64,000 nt of DNA from Psammoneis japonica (lineage: Eukaryota). The notes below the pieces were generated by a model. The model was not told the origin of the DNA and did no database searches. It was given only the letters and a program-made list of their open reading frames with translations. The number at the start of each line of letters is the position of its first letter. Within the stretch, counting starts at the first letter, position 1. The translations under genes were made by a program, and so were the position numbers. Location of the stretch: positions 62,001 to 126,000 of the forward strand of contig QPGO01000025.1 of NCBI GenBank assembly GCA_008632985.1, in the 5' to 3' direction. Shown here in pieces: positions 14,201 through 26,600 of the stretch.

Positions 14201-15090
14201 GATGACCACATCAAATTTTCTGCCCATGCCCTTGCAGCAGGGATGGAGTGCACATGGAGCATGAAACAATTGCAGCCCATTTCTCTTTGGGAGGCAAGAG
14301 GTGTGTGGCAAGAGGAGTGGCAAATGGAGCATGAAACAGGAGGCAGCTCTCTTTTTCCATCACATGCCAAATGACCCTCTTTCTCTGTGTGGTTTCTGCT
14401 GGTCCCAACCCATGCATGTTGCTGTGCAACACTGGCTCACAAGTGCTGTGTGGCTTTGCTCAGCCTGGCATTGCATGGCACAGCAGCACACATGGTCTGG
14501 GACAAAGTGCAGTTGGCTCAAGAACACCAAAACAGCGAGTCATGTTTGCCACTGAAATTGTGTGCCCCAGTGCAAATTCTGCAGCAGCTGTGAAAGTTTG
14601 AACATTCACCTGCTGCAGCCTGAAAGTGAGTTCACCCAAGCTTGTTTTCCACAGCTCATTGGCTCAAGCTTGTTTGCTGCAGCCTCTTTCTCTGCAATGC
14701 AGCAAATGAACTTGGGCCAAAAGTCAAAAAAGCACATTGGCGTGTCTTGAACATCTTGACCATCTTGTCAAGTGCAAGGTCCAAATTCATGTGCCTTCTC
14801 TGTGTCTTCCATGCACTCATTGTCAGCTGCATGGCAAGCTTGAGTGCACTGTCTTGTGCAGCCACTTTGTGAACTTCTGCATGTGTCCCATGAGCATCAG
14901 CACCTCTTCCAACAACAAGCAACAATGGTCAACTGACTTTTTGAAATTCCCTTCCCTCTTTCTGCAACAGCCATCAAGGTTTTGGCGTTGGCCTTTTGGA
15001 GTGCCAAAACTTGTTCCATTCCTTCCCCCACCAATTTTGTGTGGCATTTTGGAGTTGAGATTGCTTGAGAACACCTGCTCAATGTGTGCC

Positions 15091-15120
15091 NNNNNNNNNN
15101 NNNNNNNNNNNNNNNNNNNN
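15091..15120. other. Assembly gap (30 N)
   Basis: Run of N. Confidence 1.
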
Positions 15121-15416
15121 ATTTATCTTCAACATCAAATAAACGGCCAAGTTTGTGGTACAATTATGCCTCTTACCACTCGACGTTTTTGCAAATGCAC
15201 CTGCCCTACGCGATTCTTAAGACATTATAGAATCGCGCTGTAACAAAAAATGTCAAAAGTTGTTGGACGGATCGCTCAATAAGTGTACCGTAAAATGACA
15301 CAAAATATCAAAAAAATCACGTAGAAATCTACGTGCGCGACATACGACGTGATTCAAAAAACTATCGATGTCACAGTTCAGTACCGTACGAGGTCCCACC
15401 TAGACCTGGAACGCGT
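15121..15416. mobile_element. Right end of a young TIR DNA element, unmutated, nested in the transposase relic
   Basis: Normal TpA/CpG content. 15318-15416 is homologous to 51034-51130 and ends in GAGGTCCCACCTAGACCTGGAACGCG. Confidence 0.7.
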
Positions 15417-15540
15417 CTGTTGCATCTTTTGTGAAATCTTCACAGGAGGCAGGCATTTCTGATTTCTGCAAGCTTGACATTTTCCATGCAGCTCCCATGT
15501 TCATCCTTGATCCCCCCTTTTCTGCACCCCAGGGATTGCC

Positions 15541-16567
15541 ACTTTTCTACGCAAGCACCCACCAGCAACCCCTGCGTGTGTTTCTACGCGTGCTCTCGTG
15601 CTGATGTCGCCCTTTTCAGATGGCGTTTCGCTGAGTCCCCTGTCAACCTTTTGGCCCCTTCTGCCATTGGCACACCCTTTTATCTCCATGATGTGCAACA
15701 ATTTTCAGTGGAAAACGACTGGTGTCGACACTTTGTGGTTCGCATGCTTGTTGTCTTGTTTGGCAATTTTTTGCGGATTCGGTGCGATTTCTACACAGAA
15801 TCCAGTGCAAGTTCTGCACGCTTCAGAAANTATACACCGACAGTCATTACGCCTCCGATGCGATCAACTTCCATCCTCACCGAAGCCCCCAATTTCTTTA
15901 CTCCCACTGCTGCTCAAGTTCTTCACCTCATGTGGTGAAAGTGCTGTCCCTGTTGTGGCGCCTGCGAGTGTTCGCATGGATGAACCATTGGCATCATCTG
16001 ACGACCGTCCATTTGCTGCGCGGATCGGCTTTTCTACACAAGATTCAGCGTCAATTCTACGTGAGAACAACATTTCTTCTGACGACCTTCTCGTCACATC
16101 ACCAAGACTTCCCATTTCATCCTTGCAAGTCACGAACATCCCCTTTTCTGCTTGCTGGCCTGCCAAGATCACTGTTCCGAGCAGTGAACTGCACATTGTT
16201 GTTTTGGTTCATGCAATTGTGAAATTCAACCAGTCTTTGTTGAAGACAAGATTCTCCCTCAGAGGCAAAGATTTTCTCTCAGAGCATGCGCTGACTTTGA
16301 ATTCTCTGCTTGACTTGATTGTCCTTTGCTGTGGTGGTTTGGGTGCCTTGCATCCTCTCCGAAAGAAAGCAACAATCTCATTCTGGTGCAATTTTTCCTT
16401 GACCTTTTATCACTGGTGCGCGTCGCTGCAAAGCGGCGCATTGACCGACTGATCGCACGATGTTCTGCCGCACTCTCCTCGCAGGGTGTGCTGGAAGTGT
16501 GGGTTGGCTGGTGCCGGTGTTGCTGGGCAAAGGTGTGACAGCACTTAAAATTGGGTTTTGGTTTTTT
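15541..16567 (+). mobile_element. Retroposed, probably non-autonomous ~1-kb insertion sharing the LINE 3' tail; 18-bp TSD
   Basis: TGCACCCCAGGGATTGCC at 15523-15540 and 16568-16585. The 3' end CTGGAAGTGTGGGTTGGC..GCCGG..CAAAGG..GCACTT.AAA..(T)n matches 25132-25210. The host transposase reads through if the insert is removed. Confidence 0.8.
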
Positions 16568-19420
16568 TGCACCCCAGGGATTGCCTCAATCATTTCCCTT
16601 TCAGCCAGTGCTTGCAGCAGCCCCTTGGAATTGCCAAGCCAGCCTGGTGTCATTTTCTGTGCCTCCTTTTTTGGCTGGAATGTTTGCCTTTTCACATTTG
16701 ATTGCAGATCCTTTTGGCTGCACCCTTTTGAGTCACACAGCCTGGATTGCTTTCCCTCAGATCAGCCCACATTTCCTCAAGGAAGGAGCTTGTCAATGGT
16801 CTTGGTTTGGTTCGCGCTTTCATTGCAGCCTTTCTTCAGGATCCATGTGAGGTGAGGTCCTCTTCATCAACATCCTGCAACAAAACATGTCATTGGCATC
16901 TCTTGTCCACTTTGCAACTGGCAAGAGTTGTTGTGCTCTCCAGCACATTTGTCTGTCAGGGTGTGCTTGGTGTCATCTTGTGCTTCCTTCACCACCACAG
17001 GCTCATCTTCTTGTCAGCCAACAACCCATCCTTCTGCTGCTTTGAACAGCCCAACAAGTGGTCAAAAAAGAAGATGTGCTCAAATTCTGGCAACACAATT
17101 CACCCAGAACATTGGCGCAGTCCTCCAGCTCCTGTGTTGCCACATGGGTGCAATTCCAACATGCTTGGCAGTTCTGGCCACACTCAAATTTTGCCATGAA
17201 TGGGACTCATCTCTGAATCTTTCTTGGTGCTTCATCCCCTGACTTCTTTTGCTGCTTTTTTGCATGCACTTGGCTCCTGTCCCATTGTGATTGACTCATT
17301 TGAGCAGCTCTTGGTTCAGCCCTCACTGCAAGCCAGTCTTGCGACAGACAAAAAGAGAAAGCATGATGCTGAGGCCCTCATCTTTCAGAACAAACATGGT
17401 CTCACCATTTTGTCTGACCCAAGCCAATGGCCCTGTCTTGTTCCCACACAACAACCAGTTTTTCACCTGCAGGAAACCAAAAGCTTGCTTGGCTGCCACA
17501 CTGCTTGGCTTTCAGATCACACTGGGTTGTGCAATCTTTTCATGAAAGCCACTCTCCAGTTGCCCACATGAAACTCCATGAATGTGCTGTCATCTTGAGC
17601 AAATGTGGAGTTCTTCCATTGGGTTGGGGCCAATGATTTGTTCATGAGGTTGGCTGCTGCCGCCTCATCTTCCAGCAGGATTGGAGCCCCCACATGTGGC
17701 ATGACTTCTTTGACTCAAGTCACTCTTGGTGGTGCAGCTTGGTGGCTGGCTTCTCATGACCATCAATGCAGAACCACTTTGGTTTGTGAATGTGCTCAAG
17801 TCCAAGGAGGAGCCATGATGTTCTGTGGGCTGCTGCTGGTGCAGAAACAGAAAGTAACCCAAGTTTGCTCTGTTCAAGAAACAGACTTTTTGTGTCTTCC
17901 TTTTCTGCAGCTGGTTCTGGAGGTTTGCCCACAGACTTGGTCATCATCATCCAGCACCACACTGTCTTTGTTTGCACTCAGCAATGCCACAGGTGTGGCC
18001 TTTTTTGTGAGTGTGATTGTGCTCCAATTTGGCTGAAAAACCCCTCAAGTTCTTGATTGGGTAGCATGCAAAGCACTCTTTGCTTCTGGGCTCCAGCTGA
18101 AAAAGGTTGACAGTTGTGGCTCAGATCAGCTCTGGCAGCTCTGGAGAAAGCCACACTCTGTCTTGGCCAAACAATGATGTTGCTGCTGCACTGCACCTGC
18201 CAGTTGGCTGTCACTGCAATGCTGTCTTCTTTTGGCCACAAAGCAGCCGCCCAGAACATTGACGGCACTGATGCCAACTCACACCATCCTCAGCCTCATT
18301 TCCTTCACCCTTTGGATTGTCAAGGGCTGTCTGAAAGGCTGTCATGACACACAGCGGGTGATGCCAAGTGGCACCACCTTTTCAAAATTGGCAGCACCAG
18401 ATTTTTGTTGCCCTGGGTGTTGGACAAAACAGACTGACATCTTTGTGCATGATTGGCGACAGCAGACAAAATGCCAATCCTGTCTTGTGTCATTGCCTTG
18501 ACATTGACATCATTGGGGCAAACACAGAGAGCAGTGCACTGGTGTGGCGCATGACCATGTGTGGAGCCCCAGCAGCAGCCAAGCTGTGGCACAACCCCTT
18601 CTTGGCTGATGGGCCCAACTCTTCAAAACAGACATGTTTTCACCTTCTGTTGCCAGCATTGTTTTGTCCACTGTGACTCACCTGCTCTCACAATGTCTGG
18701 ATTGGCTGCAGGAAACTCAGGGAGCACCTCAGCTTGTCACACTGTTGACCTTCTCATGGTTTTCTTGACCACCTCACTCTGCAGACAGCGTCATTTTCTG
18801 TCATTGGCGGGCAAAGAAAACAATGACAGTGGGAGCCGCAGAGCAACAACAAGGAATTTGCCATCAACGACGTGCAAGTGTTTGGTTTTGTGCAGACTTG
18901 CATGACCCCTGCAGTGGTTGGCTGGTGGGTGCTTGGCATGACATGTGAAATTTTGCCCATTCTTCCATGAAGTTTCTCCACCTCTCTGCTCGAAACTTGG
19001 GCTCCCTCATCACAGAAACTGAGCTTTGTGAGGAGTTGCAGTGCTCCACCCAAAGTTCCGCTGTCTGACACAATGGCCTTGGACCCGCTTGCACACGAAG
19101 AAGACGAGGTGCCTTGACAGATGGATTGAGAAGGTAATCCAGGCCCCTGGCATCATCGTCGAGCGAGTTCTTCGTGGTCTCCGACAAAAAATGACGTCTT
19201 GTACCAGTTGCGTAGAAATCTACATGAAGTTTGATCGATGATCGATGCTCGCTCATCGCTCAATGATGCACTGACACATCATGATCACTGATCACGCAAC
19301 AAGCCAACTGGACAACATCAGGCCATCGCTGTTTCGCTGTTGTGGTTTCCAACTCCCATCGTTTACCTTGCGTTGCTGTCTTACGTGCTGCCATCCACCA
19401 CACGGACTGCTGGTCTAACA

Positions 19421-20263
19421 ATGTCCCCGTCTTTGCCGCTACAATCGAGAACTACGCCCGGGAACAACGGGGAGGAGTCAGAAAAGAAGCCTCCAGCTTT
19501 CCCATCAAAGAAAGAGGTTGCAGATTGCATTAAAGTGTTGTCTTACGTCGAGTACAGGCTCTCTCACGGTAAAAATCGGGACACAATTCATTCAAACCTC
19601 GAGGAGGTTTTGTTGAAGGTTGCCAGTATTCAGCATCATGCAAAAGAACTTGTACGGCCTGCGGAGGTGATCGCAGAAGAGACTGAAAAAGAAAAGGCCT
19701 TCGCCACGAAACGAAAGGCTCAAATGGAAGTTGTCAATCGTCTGGAAAAGAAGCGTGCTGAAATGGTTTCAGAATGCCGAAAATTACTTCCCAGAGGATA
19801 CACCGAAAAAGTGAGGCGCGAGGTGCTTCAAGAAATGGGATTGCCGTTGGACACGCTAACCATGGGTGACGTAAACTATAACCCCGCAAAGAAGAGCGCA
19901 AAGCGCAAGGCACAGACGCAAGCTCGTAGAGAAGAGAAATTGTGCAAGGCTGGCCCTGTTGTACTGGCGATCGCTGAGGCTAGAAGACGATGCCAGGAGC
20001 TTAAGAAGGACGGGAGGATTCCGAATGGCTCGACCGAGAGAATCAAATTGCAGGTTCTGGAAGAGTTTGGTTTACCTCCCGATACGCCCTTTCCTACAAA
20101 CTACCAGATAAAGACAAGGGGTGCTCATGTGAAGGTCACAAAAGCCCTGTCCTTGGACTCTCATGAGACGTCAAATAATAATGGTGTGGACGAAGGGGGA
20201 GTCGCGCGCACCTCGAACTCCACGGGAAATAATGCAGGGAGCAATGCGGGGCACTCAAAGTGA
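19421..20263 (+). CDS. Orphan basic protein family, copy 1 (~280 aa)
   Basis: ATG 19421 (MSPSLPLQ). Near-identical to 27184-27954 and homologous to 35389-36219. Internal duplicated motif P.G..E...(E/Q)VL.E.GLP.DT. Confidence 0.75.
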   Translation: MSPSLPLQSRTTPGNNGEESEKKPPAFPSKKEVADCIKVLSYVEYRLSHGKNRDTIHSNLEEVLLKVASIQHHAKELVRPAEVIAEETEKEKAFATKRKAQMEVVNRLEKKRAEMVSECRKLLPRGYTEKVRREVLQEMGLPLDTLTMGDVNYNPAKKSAKRKAQTQARREEKLCKAGPVVLAIAEARRRCQELKKDGRIPNGSTERIKLQVLEEFGLPPDTPFPTNYQIKTRGAHVKVTKALSLDSHETSNNNGVDEGGVARTSNSTGNNAGSNAGHSK

Positions 20264-21539
20264 GGTGACTTGATTGACGGCACAGTAGATGAGGCACTTG
20301 GAAGTATCTCTTAGTTTTACGGTACCTCATTGGCGAATGTGTAGATGGTGGAAAATTACGTTCATAAGGTACTCTTCTCATCCTTCGACGTGCAGCATCT
20401 TTTTGGATTAGCACGGGGCCCTGCTGGCGTCTTGGTCCTTTTTGTGAAAGGAAGTGCGACCGCAAGGAATTCGCCCTGTGGCAAATGTTAGCCTGAAATG
20501 TTGATTTCTTTTCTGCTGGTGTTATAGCAACAAAACCAACTTCTGAATCGGCTCCCATCTTGTCTGAACACGTGTGTTCACATGTCACCTGCTGGCCTGA
20601 GCTGATCTTTCTCTTCCACCAATCTTGACAAACAGTCTCGACTGCATTCCATGAGAGGGGGCTTCCAAAACCGCATTGACTCACATGTTCCTGATGCAAA
20701 CTTGAAACATCAATTTCTCATTTCTCTTCCATCGGTGTCAAAGCAACAAAACCAACTTCCAAGATGGCTTCCATCTCACATCTGAGCACATTGGCACATC
20801 ACTCGCTGGACTGAACTCAATCCTTTTCTTCTGCCCATCTTGAAAAATGTCTTAACTTTTTCCCAAATAACCAGCACAAAACTGCAATGCTGTCAATGTG
20901 CAAGAAATCAACCAGCACCATGAGTGGATGAAGTGCTGCATGGAAAGAGCAAAAGAAACAATGCAGTCATGTCAACAATGCCTCACTGAAGTTGGCATCA
21001 TTGCCCCATGTTGTGTTGCAATGCATGTGTGCCAATGCACGCAGGCAGCCATTGCCAAAAGAAAATGAATGTGGCATGACTGTGATGAGCAAGTGCAAAA
21101 ATGCACACATTGCATGGCTGTGATTCTGGCCAGCTGATTGCATGCTACACATTCGTTTGGCATGTTTCACGAGAAAAACAATGTCACACACTTCTTGGCA
21201 AAGTTGTCAAGCTTTTCCTCTGCCAAAGCAAACACTTTCCTGAACATCTTTTGCACCCAGTCCACCAGGATTTTTTCTCAATTGAGAATTGCAGGTGTGT
21301 TTTTCCCACCAGAGCTTGGCCCAAAAATTCTGCAGCCACAAAGAGCACACCATGTGTGGAACCTGCATCTCAGAGTGGCGTTGAGAGCTCGGCCACAAGC
21401 CATCATTGCTGTTCACTCTCTGTCAAATTCCACACAATTTGCGCCATCCTCAATCATTGTCTTTGACCATCTGGAGCAAGAACACGCTGGGGTGGCACAG
21501 AGGAAAGAGCAGCAAACTTGAAAAAGTCAGCTGTTCAGC

Positions 21540-24500
21540 CACACATCTGAAACTTCCTTGATGACTCTTGGTTTGTGCAACAAATTTTGAGCAGGGTGGC
21601 AATGCTGCTCCATCCCAATGGTGCAAGAAGCTCACATCTTCCAAAGTTTCAAGAGCACCATGGTGCAGCAGTCCTGGTGGCTCAAGCATTTTGTTGTGTC
21701 ACACACACACATGCATGTGCAGCAACTCAAACTTTTCATTGATGCAGTCTTGCACAAATGTGCATTTGCATTGCCCACAAAGCACCATCATTGTCAGATG
21801 GCTCAGCACAAGCCAGCATTGTCAACAAAAAAAAAAAGTTGCACGAAGTTGCTGCAGGTTTGCAGCCCATGCATTCCACCCTTCATGGCTCTTTGCAAGT
21901 CCAAGCCTGCAGCAGCACTGCCATGCCCCTGCAATGTGGATCTCTGAAACCCAAACAACCAGGTTCCTGCAGCCAATCTGTGCTGCCAAATTGCTGGCAG
22001 CGCAGCTGCATGAGCTTTTTGCAAGCTGTGGATCAGATTATTTTGCAAAACAAGCCTTTTGCAAAACTCAGTGTTTTCACAAAAAGTGAGAAAAGCGGCT
22101 GTAAATCTGAGCTAAAAATGACATGTGTTCCTCCAACTTGCAAACATGTCCCAGCTGTGCATGCAGTGCACACAAAAAACATGAAAATTGTGCAGTTCTT
22201 TTTGGTCTCTGGCTTTCAACTGAACTTCTGAGTCTTTGCAAAAACAAGAATGTTTGCAACTCAGACAAGACTTGCGTGTGTGGCACAGTGTTGTTGTTTC
22301 TGTCACATCATCTCTGCTGCCTCTTCATTGCACCAAATGAGTTGCAACAAAAGGGACAGTTTCTGGTCTCTCTTCTAACCTGCAAGTTTTGCATGACGTT
22401 GTGCCATTTGAGCACAGTTGGCACACCCCAAAAAAATTGTTGCACATGCATTGTGGCAGCTGTTCTAGAACTTGCAAACTAAAAAACATTGGCTGGGTGC
22501 TGTTGTGTGTGCACGCCACAAAAATTTGAGCAACATTTGAAAAACTGCTTGTTTGCCCATGCATTGATCTTGGCACTTGCTTGTGGCCAGAGCACATTTG
22601 CAGCTGAGTCCTTCTTCATCAGGTGACATGTTGACCTCAACAGCAACACATCAGCACTGCTCCTTTGCCTCCAAACAGGCACTTTTTTCTCTGGTGTGCA
22701 CTTTTTCTTTGAGTTGACAAGTCAGGTTGATGTGTCATTTCTCCTTTGCCATTTGCAGCTGTTTGCATGAAGCCCAAAAATGCTGTGGAAGTGTGCTGCC
22801 ATTGTGCTTGGCAATTTGGCAATCATTTCATGACACAGCAACTGGCACTTCTTCTTCAGCCCATTTCTTCACCTTTTTCACATGACAAGTTTGACACACA
22901 ATGGTGGATTTCAGCACATGTTTTGCACACAGCTTTCTCCTGGCTGTTGCCAATGCCTTCTCCAGTGGACATGGTTGCCTCAACTTTCACACCATCCTCC
23001 TCAACAACGTTGAACAGACTGAGCCATGCCACCATGCATGGGGTCCTTGGGCGCGGTTGTGTGGATTGTTGTGTCATCAAGACTCAGCACGTCTGAAGGC
23101 TCCCTCAGGAGACTGGCTGGTCCCCCCATCCAAAATGAGGATGCAATGTTCCGCGCATTGGTCTCCCAATGAGCCACACTTGTGCGTTTGATCTCCCTTT
23201 GGATTTGACATTTTTCCGGTCCAGGACACCATCACCACGTCACTGCACCAGATCGAAATGGTTCCTTCCCCCTCCGACTCATCATTCCCGGTTGAGATTG
23301 ACCCCATGAATGATGGCAGATGGAAACATGTCCCCCATTGCCCGAAACTCTCAGTTGAAACAAATCCACCCTCACCCGACCTGTTCACAGACCGCTTGAA
23401 AGCATTGCCTTCCTGGGATTCCTCTCTCTTTTCTGACATTGATTTCCACATTTCCTTTTATGAACCAGTGGACCATTTTGCATCCAGTCGCCTGGTGGCG
23501 GGGAGTGACGAATCTGCACTTCATCAGGACACTGCCTTCAGATGGACTGTTACATTCAACAGCAGACCCTCAGTGGATTGTGCTGGTCCGGTGTTTGGTC
23601 AGTTGCCATCATCCCATCGGGCTGAGGCATGTGGTTTTCTTTCCCTGATTCGGTTTGTCTGTCATCTGATTGAGTTCTGCAAGATGTCACAGTGTGAAGG
23701 AGTTGACAACTGGTGTGACAACAAGGCCTTGGTCCAAGTTCTTTCCAGATTGTCCTGCAGCCGCCCTTCCATTGACCCATCAGCACAAGAGCATTCCGAC
23801 CGAGACTTTCATCTGTGACAGCATGATGCCAATGTTCTTTCATCCAATTGGGATGTCAGCAATGAAATGCACTTCACGCTTGAAGCCATTCCTCAGGCTC
23901 TTAATCCCTCCTCCTCCGGTCAGGCTCCGTCAACAGCTTGGGCAAAAGGACACCAGGACAGACAGGCTCCAGTGGAGACCCTCCCATTGAACACACAAGT
24001 CAACGTCCATGCAGATAAGTTGGCAGGACGATGCCAGGGACAACATGACTCAGACACAATGGAGGTGCTTCCCTTTCCCCATTGTCAATCATGCCTGTGC
24101 CTCAATGATGGTGCGGTCAATGCAGGAATGAAATCCACGGTCAGATGTGCCGCTGCAGCTCCCGCTCTCCTGGCACATGTTCGGGAAAGGAATGACTGGG
24201 ACGAAACTGTCACAGAAAAGAACGATTGGAAGGTCCATGCGACATCAGTGTGCAGGCATTCTAAGAAACATGTCTCCATGGTTAAACTTGTCCATGAGCT
24301 CCTCCCAACAAACAAGACAACACATCGGTGCAATCCAGTTTGGCCACATCATTGTCTTGCATGCGAATGTCCTGTGGAGGATCGAGACCATGTTCTAAGG
24401 TGTCCAGCCAATGAAGCCTGGCATCGCAAATTCCTGCAAGGTCCACACAAATGCTGTGACAAAATTGACACCATGCCGCCTCTTTGCGACCTGCTGTTGA

Positions 24501-26600
24501 CTTCACTTGAAGCATGGCTGCGAGGCAAGATGCAGTGTGAATCTGATGTCATCCCAATGCTGAGAGCACTGTGGAAAGCCCAGTCAGAGACAGGATGGCA
24601 GCAAGCATTCAATGGAAGGTGCTCCACCCTTTGGAAGGTGCTCCGCCCTTTGGAACGTTTTTCAGGAGATTCACCTTCGTGAGATGGGCCTGTTGGAGAA
24701 ACACAGGAAAGAAAATCGACCCCCTCCGGTTTGGGGAGTGCAGATGGGAACTTACATTTGGAAGTCCTGGTGGGAACTGTGGGAAGAACACAATCAAGAG
24801 GTTCACAGTCATGATGCAGATTCAAGGAAATCATCATTGCCTGTCAGGCGGAAGCTGAGCTCACGGCTGTTTACAACAAACGACAGGATCATTTGGCTAA
24901 AGATAGAGAGATGCTGATGGATTCAGTTGATGATCACATGTCCCACTCTACATTGCAGATTATGAACTGGGTTGCTGTGGTCAAACCACATCTGAAAGAA
25001 AGCCTGAAGAAGGCAAAGCGCGAAGTGCTTCATGGCACTTGCTCAATTGCCAGCTGTTTTGGATGGGTGTCATCTCACAGTGACGTCCCGTCTGGCTGAT
25101 CCCAGTGAGCTTCTGCACACTTAACTGTGCACTGGAAGTGTGGGTTGGCCGGCGCCGGCTCAGCTGGCAAAGGAGTGATGGCACTTTAAACACAGATCTG
25201 TTTTTTTTTTTCACACCATCCTCCTGTGCCAGATGGTGTTTGCACAAGGACAATGTTGGCATGCAGCACAGACCTCTTGGGTGCACAGAGATGTTGTGAG
25301 AGTCAGCATGACACAGCCTCCTCCACTCCCACATTTGATCACCACATGTGCAGCAAACTCTTGTCAGTGTGCAGCTGCTCCTGTGCACAATCTTGTGCCA
25401 AAAGGAGCTGCCAAGTGTGTGGCCCACACCCTGGAGAAACAGGCTGTTGTCATGTGTGAACACACGCAGCTGCTTTTGAACCAGCCATGTTGTGCTGGCA
25501 CACAAGCAATTTTCCACAACAACATTGGTGCAAATGCCAGCAGTGAGAAGCCACACCTGGGTGCACTCCACTTGCTTCTTGCTTCACTCCACATTTTCGC
25601 CAGCAAGGAGCACAGCACAGAAGCCCACATTGCAAATGAGCAGTTCTCACACACCCCTGCATTCTGTCAAACATGGCAGCATCATTTGCACAAAGTGCCA
25701 ACCAAAGCAATGTCAACACAACAAAATCTGCCCTTGAAGTGCCTGGCTGTGCAGCAGCATGCATTGCTGAGCAAATGAAATTCCACATGTTCACAATCAC
25801 ACATTGTTGTTGCGCATGTCAGTCGCATGACAATCGTGGATGCACACAAAAAAGTCAGATGGATCACACAGAATTGAGATCAGATGCCCAAAATTGCAAA
25901 TGCAGTTGACAGACAATGTTGACACATGAGAAGTCAATGTTGGTTGCATTCAGACAATCTGTTGTCATGATCAGATTCTCTGCAAGGCCTTCTTTGTTCT
26001 GAAGGAGCAGCTCAAATGCTTTGGGCCATTTAGAGCTCCTTCGGAGAATCCCAAAATCGCAGAGCAAAATTTAATCTCACAGTTTCCACTTTTTGTGAGT
26101 TGCTCTGCTTTCATTTGCACTTGTTGTTCAAGCACAGTGCAGCTGGGGTCATCATCACCTCCGCTGTCTTTTTTTGGGGGGGGGGGTTTTGGGCGTGCAG
26201 CTGCCAAACCCCACAGCCAAGGTGGGTGTCATGGCACCCTGCACGGCCAGCACAATGCAAGAGCATTCACAGAGTGCACTGATTTGTGCTCTTTTTGACA
26301 AGCTTGGTTGCTGTTTGCAACAGCACCAAAGAAACAAGAGTGCATGTGCTGAAAATTGGAAATGGCTTGACAACCACCATCTTGTTGGCTGTTCTTTGCT
26401 TTTTGTCAGCAGCCAAGCTCTCAACAAAGCAACAAAAAGGAGGTTTTCTTTTGTGCCAGCTTGGATGACTTGGTGCATGGCAGAAAAGCCTGTGGCAAGA
26501 GTGTGGTGTCACATTCCTTCCTTGCATGTCACCACAAAACACACAGGGTTGATGCCCCTCTCCCCCAGCACCCTGCACTTGAGACACGGCACAGACACCT
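21540..26600 (-). mobile_element. Degenerate dispersed repeat, family X copy 2, interrupted by a LINE
   Basis: Homology to 12900-14200 at both ends. TpA/CpG-depleted. Boundaries approximate. Confidence 0.55.
23002..25210 (+). mobile_element. 5'-truncated non-LTR retrotransposon (RNase H + CCHC knuckle; possibly Ambal-like) with oligo(T) end and 15-17 bp TSD
   Basis: RNase H motifs SDES..AF.W, SSHRAEACG, WCDN, KGHQD, NVHADKLA. Knuckle CLAC...EDRDHVLRC, then Q..GW..AFNGR. TSD (TT)TCACACCATCCTCCT at 22985-23001 and 25209-25225. Confidence 0.88.

Larger units (their letters stand above)
14700..18050 (-). mobile_element. Dead DDE transposase (IS630-Tc1-mariner-like diatom family) split by two nested insertions and an assembly gap
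   Basis: Collinear minus-strand motifs FCIDGHEKPAT, MEFHVG, KDEGLSIMLSLF, FECGQNCQACWNCTH, FFFDH..DGL, GWLGNSKGLLQALAER, GIKDEHG..CEDF, TPKCHTKLVGEGME and VKMFKTRQCAF. Superfamily assignment is from recall. Confidence 0.78.

Noticed and set aside
24613..24655. 19-bp tandem duplication in the LINE ORF
   Set aside because: Real, but an ordinary slippage lesion in a dead element.
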